A stretch of DNA of 30,834 nt, from NCBI RefSeq assembly GCF_002803295.2, contig NZ_PGGB02000001.1:158810-189643 (forward strand), in the 5' to 3' direction. Positions 1-10,700 of the stretch are shown piece by piece. The notes under the pieces are model-generated. The model searched no databases. It saw only the letters and a program-made list of their open reading frames with translations, and was not told where the DNA came from. How positions within the stretch are numbered: the first letter of the stretch is position 1; each line of letters begins with the position of its first letter. The DNA is from Caedibacter taeniospiralis. GTDB taxonomy: Bacteria > Pseudomonadota > Gammaproteobacteria > Francisellales > Francisellaceae. Both the position numbers and the translations under genes were made by a program.

Positions 1-148
1 TTCTCTTGTCTGAATTTAAACAATTTTTTATGGCTTCTGCCTTTTCTACCTGTTTTCTAATGTAAACTTATTAAGATTTATTCACTCGCTGCGAGCCATG
101 GAGAGCGGAACGCGAGGGCGAGTAGACCCGGGTAGCCTTGCGCTGTTG

Positions 149-464
149 ATCAGCAAGCGACGTGCCGAAGGCGCCAGAGCGAAGTCTGTGAAACAGCTTT
201 TACCCAAGGCGTAGAGTAGAATCGGAGGAGTGTTGTCCGTTCGGAATGAGCGTAGCGAATTTGTGAGGACATGCCGAGGAGGCGGACGGCCCGGGCAAAA
301 TTTATAATCAGCAAGCGACGTGCCGAAGGCGCCAGAGCGAAGTCTGTGAAACAGCTTTTACCCAAGGCGTAGAGTAGAATCGGAGGAGTGTTGTCCGTTC
401 GGAATGAGCGTAGCGAATTTGTGAGGACATGCCGAGGAGGCGGACGGCCCGGGCAAAATTTATA
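149..464. repeat. Perfect tandem duplication, 2 x 158 bp (149-306 and 307-464), non-coding and G-rich
   Basis: Base-by-base comparison shows the two units are identical. The unit is about 54% G+C by hand count, well above the visibly AT-rich flanking DNA. 158 is not a multiple of 3. Track ORFs 150..506 and 308..592 simply re-read the same repeat. Confidence 0.95.
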
Positions 465-484
465 CCGCCGAGGATAGCCGATTC

Positions 485-510
485 GATTTTGTGTATGGAT
501 ATACAAAATC
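485..510. other. AT-rich inverted repeat (about 12-bp arms, one G-T pair): gattttgtgtat / atatacaaaatc
   Basis: Read directly from the sequence just after the tandem repeat. No flanking T-run on either strand, so it is not a classic intrinsic terminator. Confidence 0.6.
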
Positions 511-627
511 TATCATGAGGCCCGAGGCACCCTATTGAGTTTATTCTCAAAGGACACTCTGTTTGATGCACTTCTTGATAACACTCAACCATTTCCAGGG
601 TCAGCGATCCTCTTGAGTGTTTCTCTT

Positions 628-1092
628 TTAAATATTCAATATCTGACCACCGTGCTTTACGGATGTTCCTGGCAAGGCTTCTTCAGACGGTTGAAATAAA
701 AAGCGAATATTGATTCTAAGCTTATCTTTCATTTGAATCAGTGCGTGCGCAGAGGTTAACACCATCGCACAATGAGCATCATGACCACACATATGCGCTT
801 TGCCATCAATGATTGATTTGTAATCGCAGGTATTCTGCTCATGAATAGGTAGAGCATCCATGTCAGCGCGCAGTGCAATCATTGGGTAATTAGAATCGAT
901 GATTAAATCAGCAATCAACCCAGTTCTACCAATATTGCGTTTGACCTCTAGCTTAAGAGCATTAAGTTTGTCGGCGATAAAGTTGGCGGTATTGCCAACA
1001 TCAAACCCAAGCTCGGGATGGCGATGAATATGTTCGCGAGCTTCACGCAAATATTGCTGATCAATGGTGATTTTTTCTTGTGACTCAAACAT
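628..1092 (-). pseudogene. 5' fragment (154 codons) of an M20-family amidohydrolase / N-acyl-amino-acid hydrolase gene
   Basis: The N-terminus has typical M20 motifs (HRHPELGF, RADMDALP, HMCGHDAH, FQPSEE). Full-length family members are about 380-400 aa. Homology-like sequence runs right up to the stop at 628, and nothing downstream in any frame continues the family. Confidence 0.7.
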
Positions 1093-2299
1093 TTACGCAC
1101 TCCTGTTTTTTTAATTGATTCAGCGTTCTGGCAGTGACGATAGAAGCTGTAAGACAGCTAACCAGAATTAATAAAATGGTACTGTTTAAAATTGGCAAGT
1201 CGAGTATTCCTGCTTTATAGCCGACCAAAATAATAGCAAGTGTGGCAGCTGCGTGCGAGCTACTTAAGCCAAAAATCAAACAGCCATCCAGTGGGGTGAG
1301 CTTGAGTATGCTTTGAGTCAGTTTGGCTGCCAGCCATTTACTTAATAGGGCAACGAAAATTAAGGTGGTTGTAATCATTAAGACGTTATGTAAGTCAAGT
1401 AACACATTTAAATCCACAATCATGCCGACGCTGATCAAAAAGACGGGAATAAATAGCGTCTCACCAATAAAGTGAATTTCAGCTTTGAGTCTTTTTTTCT
1501 TGGCAACGAAGCGATTAAGGGCAAGACCCGCAAAAAAGGCACCAATAATGCCATCAACGCCAATGATTTCAGCCAGAACGGCTAACAGGAAAACCACCAT
1601 GAGTACAAAGGTGTAATGAAAACTTTTTTTGCGTGCCAGAAGATAAAAGAAGGTCTTAGCTATGTATGGGACGAGGAGAAATGCAACTAAACTAAAACCG
1701 ATAAAGCCAAGCAGTAAAGTTGCCAATATTAGCACGCCACTTCCTTCCTGATGAAGACCTGTAACCAGTGCCAGAATTAATAGAACGACGGTATCAGTAA
1801 TAATTGTCCCACCTATGGCAATAGCTACGGCTTGGCGCTTGGCGTAGCCTTTTTTACTCACCATAGGATAGGCGATTAGCGTATGCGTTGAGAACATGAT
1901 GGCAATTAAAATCGATGCGCTCATCTCGTAATTAAACAGGTAGTAAAAAACAGGAAAGCCCATGCCAAAAGGAATTAAGAAAGTTAAAGCACCAAAGAGG
2001 ATGCTTTTTCGCTTTTGCAGCTTAAACTCTTTCATTTCAAGCTCAAGCCCCGCTGAAAACATGATGTACAATAAGCCTGTGGTAGCAAAAATGGTAACTG
2101 CCAGATTCTGATTGAGAATATTTAACGCATGCGGTCCGACAATAATACCCGCTACAATTAGTCCAATAATCTTTGGTATTTTACTGTAATGGCAAATCAC
2201 TTTGGCAGTAAGAATCAGTAAGAGCACAACCAAAAATATGCTAACTGGACTCGTCAATGGTCGCGCAAAAATATGGTTTAAATTAGCTAAGATGTGCAT
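1085..2299 (-). CDS. Cation:proton antiporter (Na+/H+ exchanger / CPA-type membrane domain, no KTN domain)
   Basis: Polytopic membrane protein with about 11-12 hydrophobic segments and family-like motifs. I place the start at ATG 2299, preceded by AAGGAG. The track ORF start at 2458 would overlap lolA by about 150 nt. The stop overlaps the start of the downstream amidohydrolase fragment by 8 nt. Confidence 0.75.
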   Translation of the reverse strand: MHILANLNHIFARPLTSPVSIFLVVLLLILTAKVICHYSKIPKIIGLIVAGIIVGPHALNILNQNLAVTIFATTGLLYIMFSAGLELEMKEFKLQKRKSILFGALTFLIPFGMGFPVFYYLFNYEMSASILIAIMFSTHTLIAYPMVSKKGYAKRQAVAIAIGGTIITDTVVLLILALVTGLHQEGSGVLILATLLLGFIGFSLVAFLLVPYIAKTFFYLLARKKSFHYTFVLMVVFLLAVLAEIIGVDGIIGAFFAGLALNRFVAKKKRLKAEIHFIGETLFIPVFLISVGMIVDLNVLLDLHNVLMITTTLIFVALLSKWLAAKLTQSILKLTPLDGCLIFGLSSSHAAATLAIILVGYKAGILDLPILNSTILLILVSCLTASIVTARTLNQLKKQECVNV

Positions 2300-2309
2300 T
2301 TTTTCTCCT

Positions 2310-3014
2310 TTAAGAGCCAAGTACATCAACACCATCTGGAGGGGTGAATTGATATGTATCTGCAGGAATTGGTTTAGTCGAGGTATTGTAAAATTCAATC
2401 TGAGTTGATTGCCCGACTTCTGTTTGAATGAGCATCGCGCTTGGTGTGTCATTAACAAAGTCCATATCGATATATTTTATGAGCGACTGGTCTTCCACTT
2501 TTGGCGTTAAGCGATAGCGATGACTAGAAAGCTCATCAATGCTAAAAAGCTGACTCAAAACTTTGCTATCCCCCGTTAGCAGCAAAAGATAAGGTGCTTG
2601 AGAGATATTTTTAGGCACATCACTGACGGTAACCTGCTCCAGCTCTTCGTCATAGTTCCAAAGCTTTTGCCCGTTGGAAAGCAGCATTTGTTTTTGTGGA
2701 ACAAGAATTTGCCACTTAAAGAAACTTGGTTTACTCATCCAAAGCTCTCCCGTGCTTATCTCTCTAAACTCCTGCTCAGGATTGACTAAGGTCTGACGAA
2801 ATTTAGCGTACATGTTTTTAAGCTTGGCAAGTCTGGTGAATAAGGTTTTTTCTGCAGTGGAAAGTCCACGATGGCTGTCGCTTGAAGGTGATTGTGACGT
2901 GTCGGCTACTATTGTTTGTTTCACTTCTTTTGCGGCTGCAAAAACTGCACACGGTAAGTTAATACTGATGCACCCAGCGAGCATGAAGGTGTAATTTTTG
3001 AGCTTTTTTATCAC
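2310..3014 (-). CDS. lolA: Outer-membrane lipoprotein carrier protein LolA
   Basis: Has an N-terminal signal peptide and aligns by eye with E. coli LolA (LW..P..F.W, FTPP.GV.V C-terminus). Lies immediately downstream of ftsK, as in E. coli. Confidence 0.85.
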   Translation of the reverse strand: MIKKLKNYTFMLAGCISINLPCAVFAAAKEVKQTIVADTSQSPSSDSHRGLSTAEKTLFTRLAKLKNMYAKFRQTLVNPEQEFREISTGELWMSKPSFFKWQILVPQKQMLLSNGQKLWNYDEELEQVTVSDVPKNISQAPYLLLLTGDSKVLSQLFSIDELSSHRYRLTPKVEDQSLIKYIDMDFVNDTPSAMLIQTEVGQSTQIEFYNTSTKPIPADTYQFTPPDGVDVLGS

Positions 3015-3018
3015 GATT

Positions 3019-5565
3019 TTACCTTTTGATTAATACGTCACGCATGCCATTACTTTGCATTTCACTCACAATGCCAGCACTTTCCATTTCTTCGATTAAA
3101 CGCGCTGAGCGGTTATAGCCAATGCGTAAGCGTCGTTGAATACTGGAGATTGATGCGCGCTGCGTTTCCACGACAATTTTAACGGCCTCATCATATAATG
3201 GATCGTTATCTTCACTCTCTGTATCACCTCCTTCACTATCTTCATCACTGGCGGTAATGCTGTCAATATACTCGGGCTCGCCCATTTCTTTCCAGGCGGC
3301 GACCACACGGTGTACTTCATCGTCATCGACAAAGGCTCCGTGTACACGCATGGGGACCCCTGTTCCTGGGGGCAAGTAAAGCATATCACCGTGCCCTAAG
3401 AGCTGTTCGGCTCCTTGCTGATCCAAAATAGTGCGTGAGTCTATTTTAGAAGAAACCTGAAAAGCGATACGCGTTGGAATATTTGCTTTGATGAGTCCTG
3501 TGACAACATCGACAGAGGGACGTTGTGTAGCAAGAATCAAATGGACACCTGCCGCACGCGCTTTTTGTGCTAAGCGCGCAATCAGTTCTTCGACTTTTTT
3601 CCCAACGACCATCATCATATCGGCAAACTCATCAGCGATGACGACGATATAGGGTAGTTTTTCTAAAAGAGGGGTTTGTTCCTCATGTCCAGGTCGAAGT
3701 TTAAGCCATAGCGGATCTTTCATGGGGTCGCCTGCTTTTTCAGCGGCAAGGATTTTTTCATTTAAGCCTGCAATGTTTCTAACACCTGCAGCCGCCATAA
3801 GCTCGTAGCGCCTATCCATTTCTTTGACACACCAGCGAAGTGCGTTCGCTGCCTCATTCATATCGGTAACAACGGGAGTTAATAAATGCGGAATACCTTC
3901 ATAAATCGATAACTCAAGCATTTTTGGGTCGATCATAATGAGTCTAAGATCATCAGGGGCAGACTTGTAAAGCATGCTGATAATCATGGCATTTACGCCA
4001 ACGGATTTACCTGAACCTGTGGTTCCTGCGACCAGTAAATGTGGCATTTTAGCAAGGTTTGCTGTTTCTGGAATGCCTGCAATATCAACGCCAAGCCCCA
4101 TGGTTAAAGGAGAGCTTGAATCAATGAATTTTTTGTGTGAGAGTACTTCTTTTAAGCGTACCATTTCGCGCTTTTGATTCGGTAGTTCAATACCGACATA
4201 AGGTTTGCCAGGAATTACCTCGACAACGCGCACACGAGCAGTAGAAAGTGAGCGGGCGAGATCTTGAGCTAAACCGCTTAATTTACTGACTTTGACCCCA
4301 GGGGCAAGCTCAAGTTCAAAGCGGGTGATCACAGGACCTGGAAAACTGCCAACGACTTTAACTTGAATGCCAAAATCAGCAAGCTTCTCCTCAACAAGCA
4401 GGGCCATTTTCTGTAAAAATTCTTTGGGAACCTGCTCTTTGACCGCATTAGGATCATCAAGGAGTTCAAGGGATGGTAAACCCGTGATTTTGTCTGTTTT
4501 ATTTTTAATTTTTTTGGTCTTAAGATCTTTGTGAAACTCGGATCTTGATAGTTCAAGCTCTTGTGCTTGTCCTGGTAACTTTCTGGTAGGCGTAAGGATA
4601 AGCTCATCATCATAGGGTTCAGATGAGCGTGTTGTATCCTCCCAAGGGCGATTAATCCCAAGGTCGCTACTCTCAAAAAGTGTGCGCTTGTTGTCATCCG
4701 CAAGGTCTTGTGCCTGCTTTTTCTCAAGGGCTAATGCTTTTTTTTCTTCTTTAGCAAGGAGTTTTTGTTCTTTGCGTAGCTGTCTTTGTGCTTCTTGTTC
4801 TGCCTGATCTATTTTACGTTGAGCGGCTTTTCTTTCTTTTTCTTCTGGAGATGAGGCGAAAAAATCTTTTAGGTTGATCACGATAAAACGGATTAAAGCA
4901 GCAAGTAATCTGATCCAAAAACCACCAGAAAACAGTGTAAGCCCTAGTGCAAAAGCGACCGTAAGCATGAGAACGCTCCCTGCGGTACTGAGATAGAATA
5001 CGGCATACTTCGCCACTTCTTGCCCTAAAATGCCTCCAGCACCTTCAGGCATATAGATAGCGAAAATAGAAAAAGCAATTTGCGCTAAGCCGCTACCAGC
5101 GAAAATAAGCAAAATGGCGCCAGCAAAACGCATAAGCATCAGCAATGTGCTGCTTTCGGCAAAGTTCTTCCGCTCAAGAAACAACTGCCATACGCCATAA
5201 ATGAGTAGAAATGGGATGAGAAAACCAAATACCCCGCAGATCGCCAAAATAATATTGGCAGTATAAGCGCCGACAATTCCTGCATAATTACGGATTTGCG
5301 GTTGTGATTGTGCAATGGTCCAACCTGGGTCGTTACTATCATAAGAGAACAGCGACAATAATAAAAACAAGGCGATTGCCCCCATTAATACAAGCCAGGT
5401 AACACGCAGGCGATCGACCAGCAGGTGATCGATCTCTTTTTTTGGTTTCGCTTGATTTGCTGTCTGTTTGGCTTTTTTACGGTCATGTTTGGCGTTTGAT
5501 TTATCTTTACGCATAAGCGCCACAATGATTTCCTCATATTCTTTTGAGAGTAATAACGCTGTCAT
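3019..5565 (-). CDS. ftsK: DNA translocase FtsK
   Basis: 848 aa with N-terminal TM segments, a charged low-complexity linker, Walker A GTTGSGKS, and a C-terminal gamma (winged-helix) domain ([20 protein letters not shown]). The start could instead be the internal Met at 5514. Confidence 0.95.
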   Translation of the reverse strand: MTALLLSKEYEEIIVALMRKDKSNAKHDRKKAKQTANQAKPKKEIDHLLVDRLRVTWLVLMGAIALFLLLSLFSYDSNDPGWTIAQSQPQIRNYAGIVGAYTANIILAICGVFGFLIPFLLIYGVWQLFLERKNFAESSTLLMLMRFAGAILLIFAGSGLAQIAFSIFAIYMPEGAGGILGQEVAKYAVFYLSTAGSVLMLTVAFALGLTLFSGGFWIRLLAALIRFIVINLKDFFASSPEEKERKAAQRKIDQAEQEAQRQLRKEQKLLAKEEKKALALEKKQAQDLADDNKRTLFESSDLGINRPWEDTTRSSEPYDDELILTPTRKLPGQAQELELSRSEFHKDLKTKKIKNKTDKITGLPSLELLDDPNAVKEQVPKEFLQKMALLVEEKLADFGIQVKVVGSFPGPVITRFELELAPGVKVSKLSGLAQDLARSLSTARVRVVEVIPGKPYVGIELPNQKREMVRLKEVLSHKKFIDSSSPLTMGLGVDIAGIPETANLAKMPHLLVAGTTGSGKSVGVNAMIISMLYKSAPDDLRLIMIDPKMLELSIYEGIPHLLTPVVTDMNEAANALRWCVKEMDRRYELMAAAGVRNIAGLNEKILAAEKAGDPMKDPLWLKLRPGHEEQTPLLEKLPYIVVIADEFADMMMVVGKKVEELIARLAQKARAAGVHLILATQRPSVDVVTGLIKANIPTRIAFQVSSKIDSRTILDQQGAEQLLGHGDMLYLPPGTGVPMRVHGAFVDDDEVHRVVAAWKEMGEPEYIDSITASDEDSEGGDTESEDNDPLYDEAVKIVVETQRASISSIQRRLRIGYNRSARLIEEMESAGIVSEMQSNGMRDVLIKR

Positions 5566-5769
5566 GATACCAAGGGTGAAACATTGCAGGCAACTCGTTT
5601 TGCCAGATTATTGAATCCCTCACTTCGCAGTGCCATCAGGGTAGAGGAGATTTTCAGTAAGTGGGCGGGAATTTCTTTAAGCGGCTAGATCTTATTTTTT
5701 GCTTTTTTGCTGCGTAAAAATCAGGTACTGTTATATGTTAGAATAACACAAACCCTGGAAACGCCTCTT

Positions 5770-6984
5770 ATGACATGCAGTTCATTTACAAAACAGCTAG
5801 GCTGTATAATGATTGTTACGGGCACTGAAATTGGTGCTGGTATTTTAGCTTTACCCATTATCACCGCAAAATTGGGCTTTTTAGTCAGTAGTGTTGTGAT
5901 GCTGGTCGCTTGGTGTATCATGACTTATACCGCGTTATTGCTGGCAGATATCGCACTGTCAATGCCAAAAGGATCAAGCTTTGCTTCTATTGCAAAACGT
6001 ACCTTAGGATTGCCTGGAGTCGTGATCACCTGGGTTTCGTTTTTGCTTTTGATGTATTGCATCAGTGTCGCTTATATTTCGGGTGCTTCTTCCGCATTTA
6101 ACTCATTGTTGCCAAATATCTCGCAAGGTGCGTGGTCACTTATTTTTGTCCTCGTATTAGGAGCAATCGTTGTTGTTGGAACCTCGGCTGTTGATCTGAT
6201 CAATCGTGTTCTACTGAGTGTTAAACTGATCTTTTTGGTGCTGGTTTGTCTGGTTTTCCTGAATTATGTTGATGTGGGAAATCTGTTGGTATTGCCTGTG
6301 GATCTAATGCCAACTTTGCTTGTCGCAATCCCTGTTATCGTTACCTCATTTACTTCACACATCATTGTCCCCTCCTTAAGCGATTATCTAAACCAGGATG
6401 CCAAGAGCTTATTTAGGGTGATTTTTATTGGCAGTATTATTCCCCTTGTCTTGTATTTTTTATGGTTGATTGCAGTACTTGGAGTGTTACCACTTCATGG
6501 TTCCATAAGCTTTATGAGCTCCATCTTTGACCATGTAAATATTGAACAGGCCAATGTTGGTAATATCCTGCACGCGCTTAGAGAAAAAATCACCACTTCA
6601 ACCGCTAACCTCAGCATGAATATTTTTACCGATATTTCCGTCATGACCTCCTACTTGGGCGTAAGTTTAGCGCTCTATCATTTCAACGTAGACAGCTATC
6701 GCCTAAATCGCCTACCGACACAGTTCAGGATCCTTGCCGCTATTATTTTAACTTTTATCATTCCTCTCCTGGTTAATCTTATGAATCCTAATTTATTTAT
6801 CAGTGCCATTGGATATGTCGGTGTTTGTATTGCCGTGCTGCTTCTCATGATGCCTGCTGTGATTGCTTATAAACTCAATAAATCAGGACACAAGTTTCAC
6901 TATAAAATCAGTCAAATATCACTCTTATGGATGATCTCATTCTTAATCGGCATCGCCATTATTGTGATTCATTTTTCTTCTTGA
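5770..6984 (+). CDS. Aromatic amino-acid permease (HAAAP family; TyrP/Mtr/TnaB-like)
   Basis: Similar by eye to E. coli TyrP over its length (IVTGTEIGAGILALP, PVIVTSF.SH..VPS). The track start (TTG 5707) adds 21 non-conserved residues, so I prefer ATG 5770. Confidence 0.8.
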   Translation: MTCSSFTKQLGCIMIVTGTEIGAGILALPIITAKLGFLVSSVVMLVAWCIMTYTALLLADIALSMPKGSSFASIAKRTLGLPGVVITWVSFLLLMYCISVAYISGASSAFNSLLPNISQGAWSLIFVLVLGAIVVVGTSAVDLINRVLLSVKLIFLVLVCLVFLNYVDVGNLLVLPVDLMPTLLVAIPVIVTSFTSHIIVPSLSDYLNQDAKSLFRVIFIGSIIPLVLYFLWLIAVLGVLPLHGSISFMSSIFDHVNIEQANVGNILHALREKITTSTANLSMNIFTDISVMTSYLGVSLALYHFNVDSYRLNRLPTQFRILAAIILTFIIPLLVNLMNPNLFISAIGYVGVCIAVLLLMMPAVIAYKLNKSGHKFHYKISQISLLWMISFLIGIAIIVIHFSS

Positions 6985-7044
6985 TGTTATTGCATTTGGA
7001 ATGGACTCCCTTAATATAGGCGGCAATAATAATATTCCCTCCCC

Positions 7045-7788
7045 ATGATTATGCGAATTTCTCGTATCTTTTTCCCTCACATCCTAAACACGCACAAAAG
7101 TATTACACTTCCTCCTGAGGCAAGTCATTACTTAATTCGTGTGCTTCGACACAAGCTTAAGCACAAGGTGGTTTTATTCAATAATAGCGATGGTTATGAA
7201 TACCTAACCACCATAATAGATGCCAACCCTAAGGCAGCATGCCTGGCAATTGATACTTTGACACAAAAACAAAATGAATCACCCATCAATATTCACTTGT
7301 TTCAAGCACTCTCCAAAGGGGATAAGCTAGAAACGGTTATTCAAAAGGCTACTGAACTTGGCGTTAATAGCATTACCCCCATCTTCACTCAATATGTTGA
7401 TTACAAACTTCCAACAGAACGCCTGGAGAATAAATTGGATCATTGGCAAAAAATCGCCATTAGTGCCAGCGAGCAATCAGGTCGCGTGTTTGTACCACAA
7501 ATCAACCCACCTTTAGAGTTAATAGAAGCGTTAAAGATGGAGGCAGACGTGAAGTTATTTTTAATTCCTCACAGCACAAGCAGTATCAGTCAGTTGCATC
7601 AACAATTTCCAGGCGCTCATCACTTTGTGATTTATATTGGACCTGAAGGCGGTTTTAGTGAAGCGGAGGAAAAACTTGCTTTAGACAATCATTGCCACAA
7701 CATTTGCCTGGGCACAAGAGTCCTAAGAACTGAAACCGCACCTTTAGCGATACTATCTGTTTTGCAAGCATTTTGGGGTGACTATTGA
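7045..7788 (+). CDS. rsmE: 16S rRNA (uracil1498-N3)-methyltransferase RsmE
   Basis: Aligns by eye with E. coli RsmE (MRI.RIF.., QKATELGV, IGPEGGFS, RVLRTETAPL). The likely true start is the second ATG at 7051. Its 3' end overlaps the convergent yhdP stop by 7 nt. Confidence 0.9.
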   Translation: MIMRISRIFFPHILNTHKSITLPPEASHYLIRVLRHKLKHKVVLFNNSDGYEYLTTIIDANPKAACLAIDTLTQKQNESPINIHLFQALSKGDKLETVIQKATELGVNSITPIFTQYVDYKLPTERLENKLDHWQKIAISASEQSGRVFVPQINPPLELIEALKMEADVKLFLIPHSTSSISQLHQQFPGAHHFVIYIGPEGGFSEAEEKLALDNHCHNICLGTRVLRTETAPLAILSVLQAFWGDY

Positions 7789-10700
7789 ACCTGCTTGAGT
7801 ATCGGCTTATCCCAGCTTCCTGTCACATCAAAGCTTATTAAACCGATGTTTCTAAATAGGGTATTACCCAAAATTTTTCCTCCAAAATAGGCAGCAACCG
7901 CCACCACAGGACCACCAAAAGCGCCAGCAACTGCAGCAGTTGTCCCTGAAAAATGGGGCTGATACTTAATGCGTTGATTGAGTTGTTTGTTGCGTAAGTC
8001 GATACGGCCATTAATAACCAAAGCAAAACTTGGAGTGTCAATAATAATCGAAGGCGTACTCGTTGCGATTGCATTCTCAAGCTTGTAAGTTCCTGTCACG
8101 CTATTAAACGTCATGCCTCTATACGAAAAATCATCATAGGGCATAAACAAACGCTTAAAGTAAGAGTCTAGGCTCAAAAGCCCGATATATTTTGCGATAC
8201 CAGAATCAACAGACAACACAACCCCATTGACCATATTTACTGTTGCAATACCTGAAATGTGGCTGCATTGCGGTACAAGCACGGGCCAACTCAATCCCAT
8301 TTCCACATGACCTGAGCCACCCTTGAGTAAATTGTTATAACCAAAGTTATGTAACATTGCTCCCCAATCTGATGAGAACACATTCGCTTCCACATGACTT
8401 CCTGTAGGCGATAGCGTAAGTGCTCCAAACAGCTTGGAATTTTGATCATAAGCCGATAATGCTGGAATCGATAAAACACCTGCTCTAAGCTTCATGGTCA
8501 TTACAAAGTTAGGGATAGAATACCCACCCAATTGCACGTGTGTCAGTTTTACATTCATATCAGGCACTTTGCGTAAGATATCTGTTTGCAGCAGGTTATT
8601 CAACCTCATAGATACATTGTCACTGCCCGCTGTTTCTTGACTTGAACTTAAGGGGAAAAACAGATTTGTACCATCCACTTCCATCGTCTGATTTAAGGAA
8701 TGGGGTACTTTGATTGTGAGCGACTGGTTTTGATCTGTCTGTACCATTAGTTTTGTATAGCCGTCGGCTATTTCAGTTTTTAAACCAAGCTTATGATATG
8801 AGGCTCCAAAAATATCCAGTTCATGAATTGTCACCGCTATTTTGGGCTTAAGCAGGCGATTAAGACGCCTATAAACGCAGCCATAATAATTGGCAGCGAC
8901 AAGGCACCCATCCGTGTTTTGGATTTCATGTGCAGATGGCATATCTAACTGCACAAATTGTTGCGATTCTTTACCTGGAGCCATAAGGAAGTTTTTTGTA
9001 TTAACAACGTTCACCAAATTAAGTACAAACTGGCTACTTAGTTTTTGAATATTTCCGTAAACGCTTAATGAACTAATCACTCCATCGCCATCTATGTTAA
9101 GCCCTGCAGTTATTTTTGTTTCATGGTTAAAGTCTAACTTACTGTCAATGTGCCAAAGTGATGTGGCTCTTGGTTGTTTATCTTCTTGTGTTTGCTGTAA
9201 AGCCCGCTGCCAGGTACTTTTGAAAGACAATGGCATAAGTTCAAACATGGTCTTATTTAGAGGTGCTCCAAGTGTGCTTGAAGCACCTAAAAAATTTGAA
9301 CTTATCTCAATAGCGCCTTCATTCAGTCCCCCTTTAACAGCAAAACGTACAGGTAATATCCCGCGCACAAGCTGATCAGCGGAAACATCTAGCAAAGAAG
9401 TTACGAAGTAAGGTTTAAGTGGCAGAACAATGCCGCCTTGTAGGTCAGTCCGTGGATTATCAAGATTCCCCGCATCAACACTTCCTTTCCCCCAAATCGG
9501 TGTGTCAACATCCCACATGGCTGAGAATTGCTTAAGCGTAAAGAGCTGGTTGTTAAAGATAATCTCAGCGTTTACATCATACAAACTCTTGGCTTGCGGT
9601 TTTTTGAGGTTAATAACGCCATTTTGGACCGAGACTCTGCCAGACACCTGGTCTTTTTTATCATAATCCCCAAGTGGAATCTGAATATCGAGCTGCACAC
9701 CGAGAGCTCCCTGATATGTGGCGAAGCGATTTAGCTGGTCAACAAAGTCTTTATAGTTCGTTTGCGCTAAATATTCATAGATATTTTGGCTACTTGTTTG
9801 AGCATTTGCCAGGATATTAAGAGCTGAGGGGATATGTGGAGCAATATTATCAATGCTTAAATCGACTCCTGAAATTGGGATGTTGGCTAGCAATCCCTGG
9901 GTTACCTTTGCCCTGAGTTGCTCATTATTGAAATGTAAGCTGCCACTGACTTTCTGAGCAATCCCCAAGCCAAAATAAGGTGAAAGACTTGCGTTGTTAA
10001 TGTTCGCGTCTATTTTAAACGTCCCATTATGAGCTGGATAAGGAATTTCACGTGCCATCCCCTGGATTTGAAAAGTTGCATCGAGGTCTTGTGCTTGATA
10101 TAAACACTTCATAAGCCACTCATACAACGAGGTTGGAATGCCTTTTTTAGGTAAAAAAGACTGATACTCTGTCGTTAGCTTATGCCCCTGTAGTTTGCCT
10201 AAAATATCAAGCGTAAAATCCATGGGGTTTGAAAGTGGAACACTCACTTTGCCCATCGCAGAAAAGTTGATGTTGTCACTTTTTAGTTGTAGATTTGTAA
10301 CCGAAAAACCAAGACTTGTCGTATCTTTAGTTATATCGATTTCACCCTTGAGTGAGAATTCTGGCCACGCTTGACTAAAAATTTGATTTTTAGCCATTTT
10401 AAAAGAGGGTGAATTCAGGTCAAGTTTCACATGATTTTTCTGCCACCAGAGTTCGCCACTTAAACCCTTGAAATCAAAACTTTGATCGCTTTGAGCAATC
10501 CCAAGCTCATTAAAATTAGCCATCAGTTGCACACCTTCTAAATCGGGTTCCTGCAGATCAAAGACAAAATGCACATCGCTAAGCACGCCTGCTAGAGTAA
10601 TATTTTTGCGCCAACTGCTTGATTCAAGCTGTATTAGATCTGAAAAATCTGCGAGATTCAAATAAGGAAGATTCATAATCAGGCGGTGCTGGTCTAAGGA

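Noticed and set aside
60-90. Possible GacA/LetA-type box upstream of the GGA-rich module (tgtaaacttattaagattta)
   Set aside because: It has only a half-site resemblance to TGTAAG-N6-CTTACA, is not palindromic, and does not fit the Legionella LetA consensus as I remember it. It therefore does not support the Rsm-type sRNA idea.
303-308. Perfect TATAAT hexamer created exactly at the junction of the two 158-bp copies
   Set aside because: There is no acceptable -35 element about 17 bp upstream (the sequence there is ggcggacggc). A lone hexamer in AT-containing DNA is not evidence of a promoter.
150-592. Track ORFs 150..506 (118 aa) and 308..592 (94 aa) on the minus strand
   Set aside because: Both read through the 158-bp tandem repeat and share the same repeated peptide. 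They have no family resemblance, and their length is a by-product of the high G+C (few stop codons). I treat them as artefacts.
2300-2458. N-terminal extension of the antiporter ORF overlapping lolA by about 150 nt
   Set aside because: The extension is non-hydrophobic and unconserved-looking. An internal ATG at 2299 has a strong AAGGAG site and begins the typical membrane N-terminus.
3096-5342. Nested ORFs inside ftsK in other frames or on the opposite strand (3096..3389, 3974..4177, 4329..4727, 5139..5342). Similar nested ORFs occur inside yhdP, rng, rlmN, the RND and adaptor genes, the MFS gene, mutS, gltA, rpoS, the kinase gene and the RT (30306..30539)
   Set aside because: All lie wholly within strongly supported genes, are short, and have odd composition and no recognisable motifs. 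They are typical shadow ORFs.
5707-5769. TTG-initiated 21-codon extension of the permease, and a TyrR-box-like string (cgtaaa-aatcag-gtac) near 5711-5730
   Set aside because: The extension has no similarity to family N-termini. The putative box matches only one half-site of TGTAAA-N6-TTTACA.
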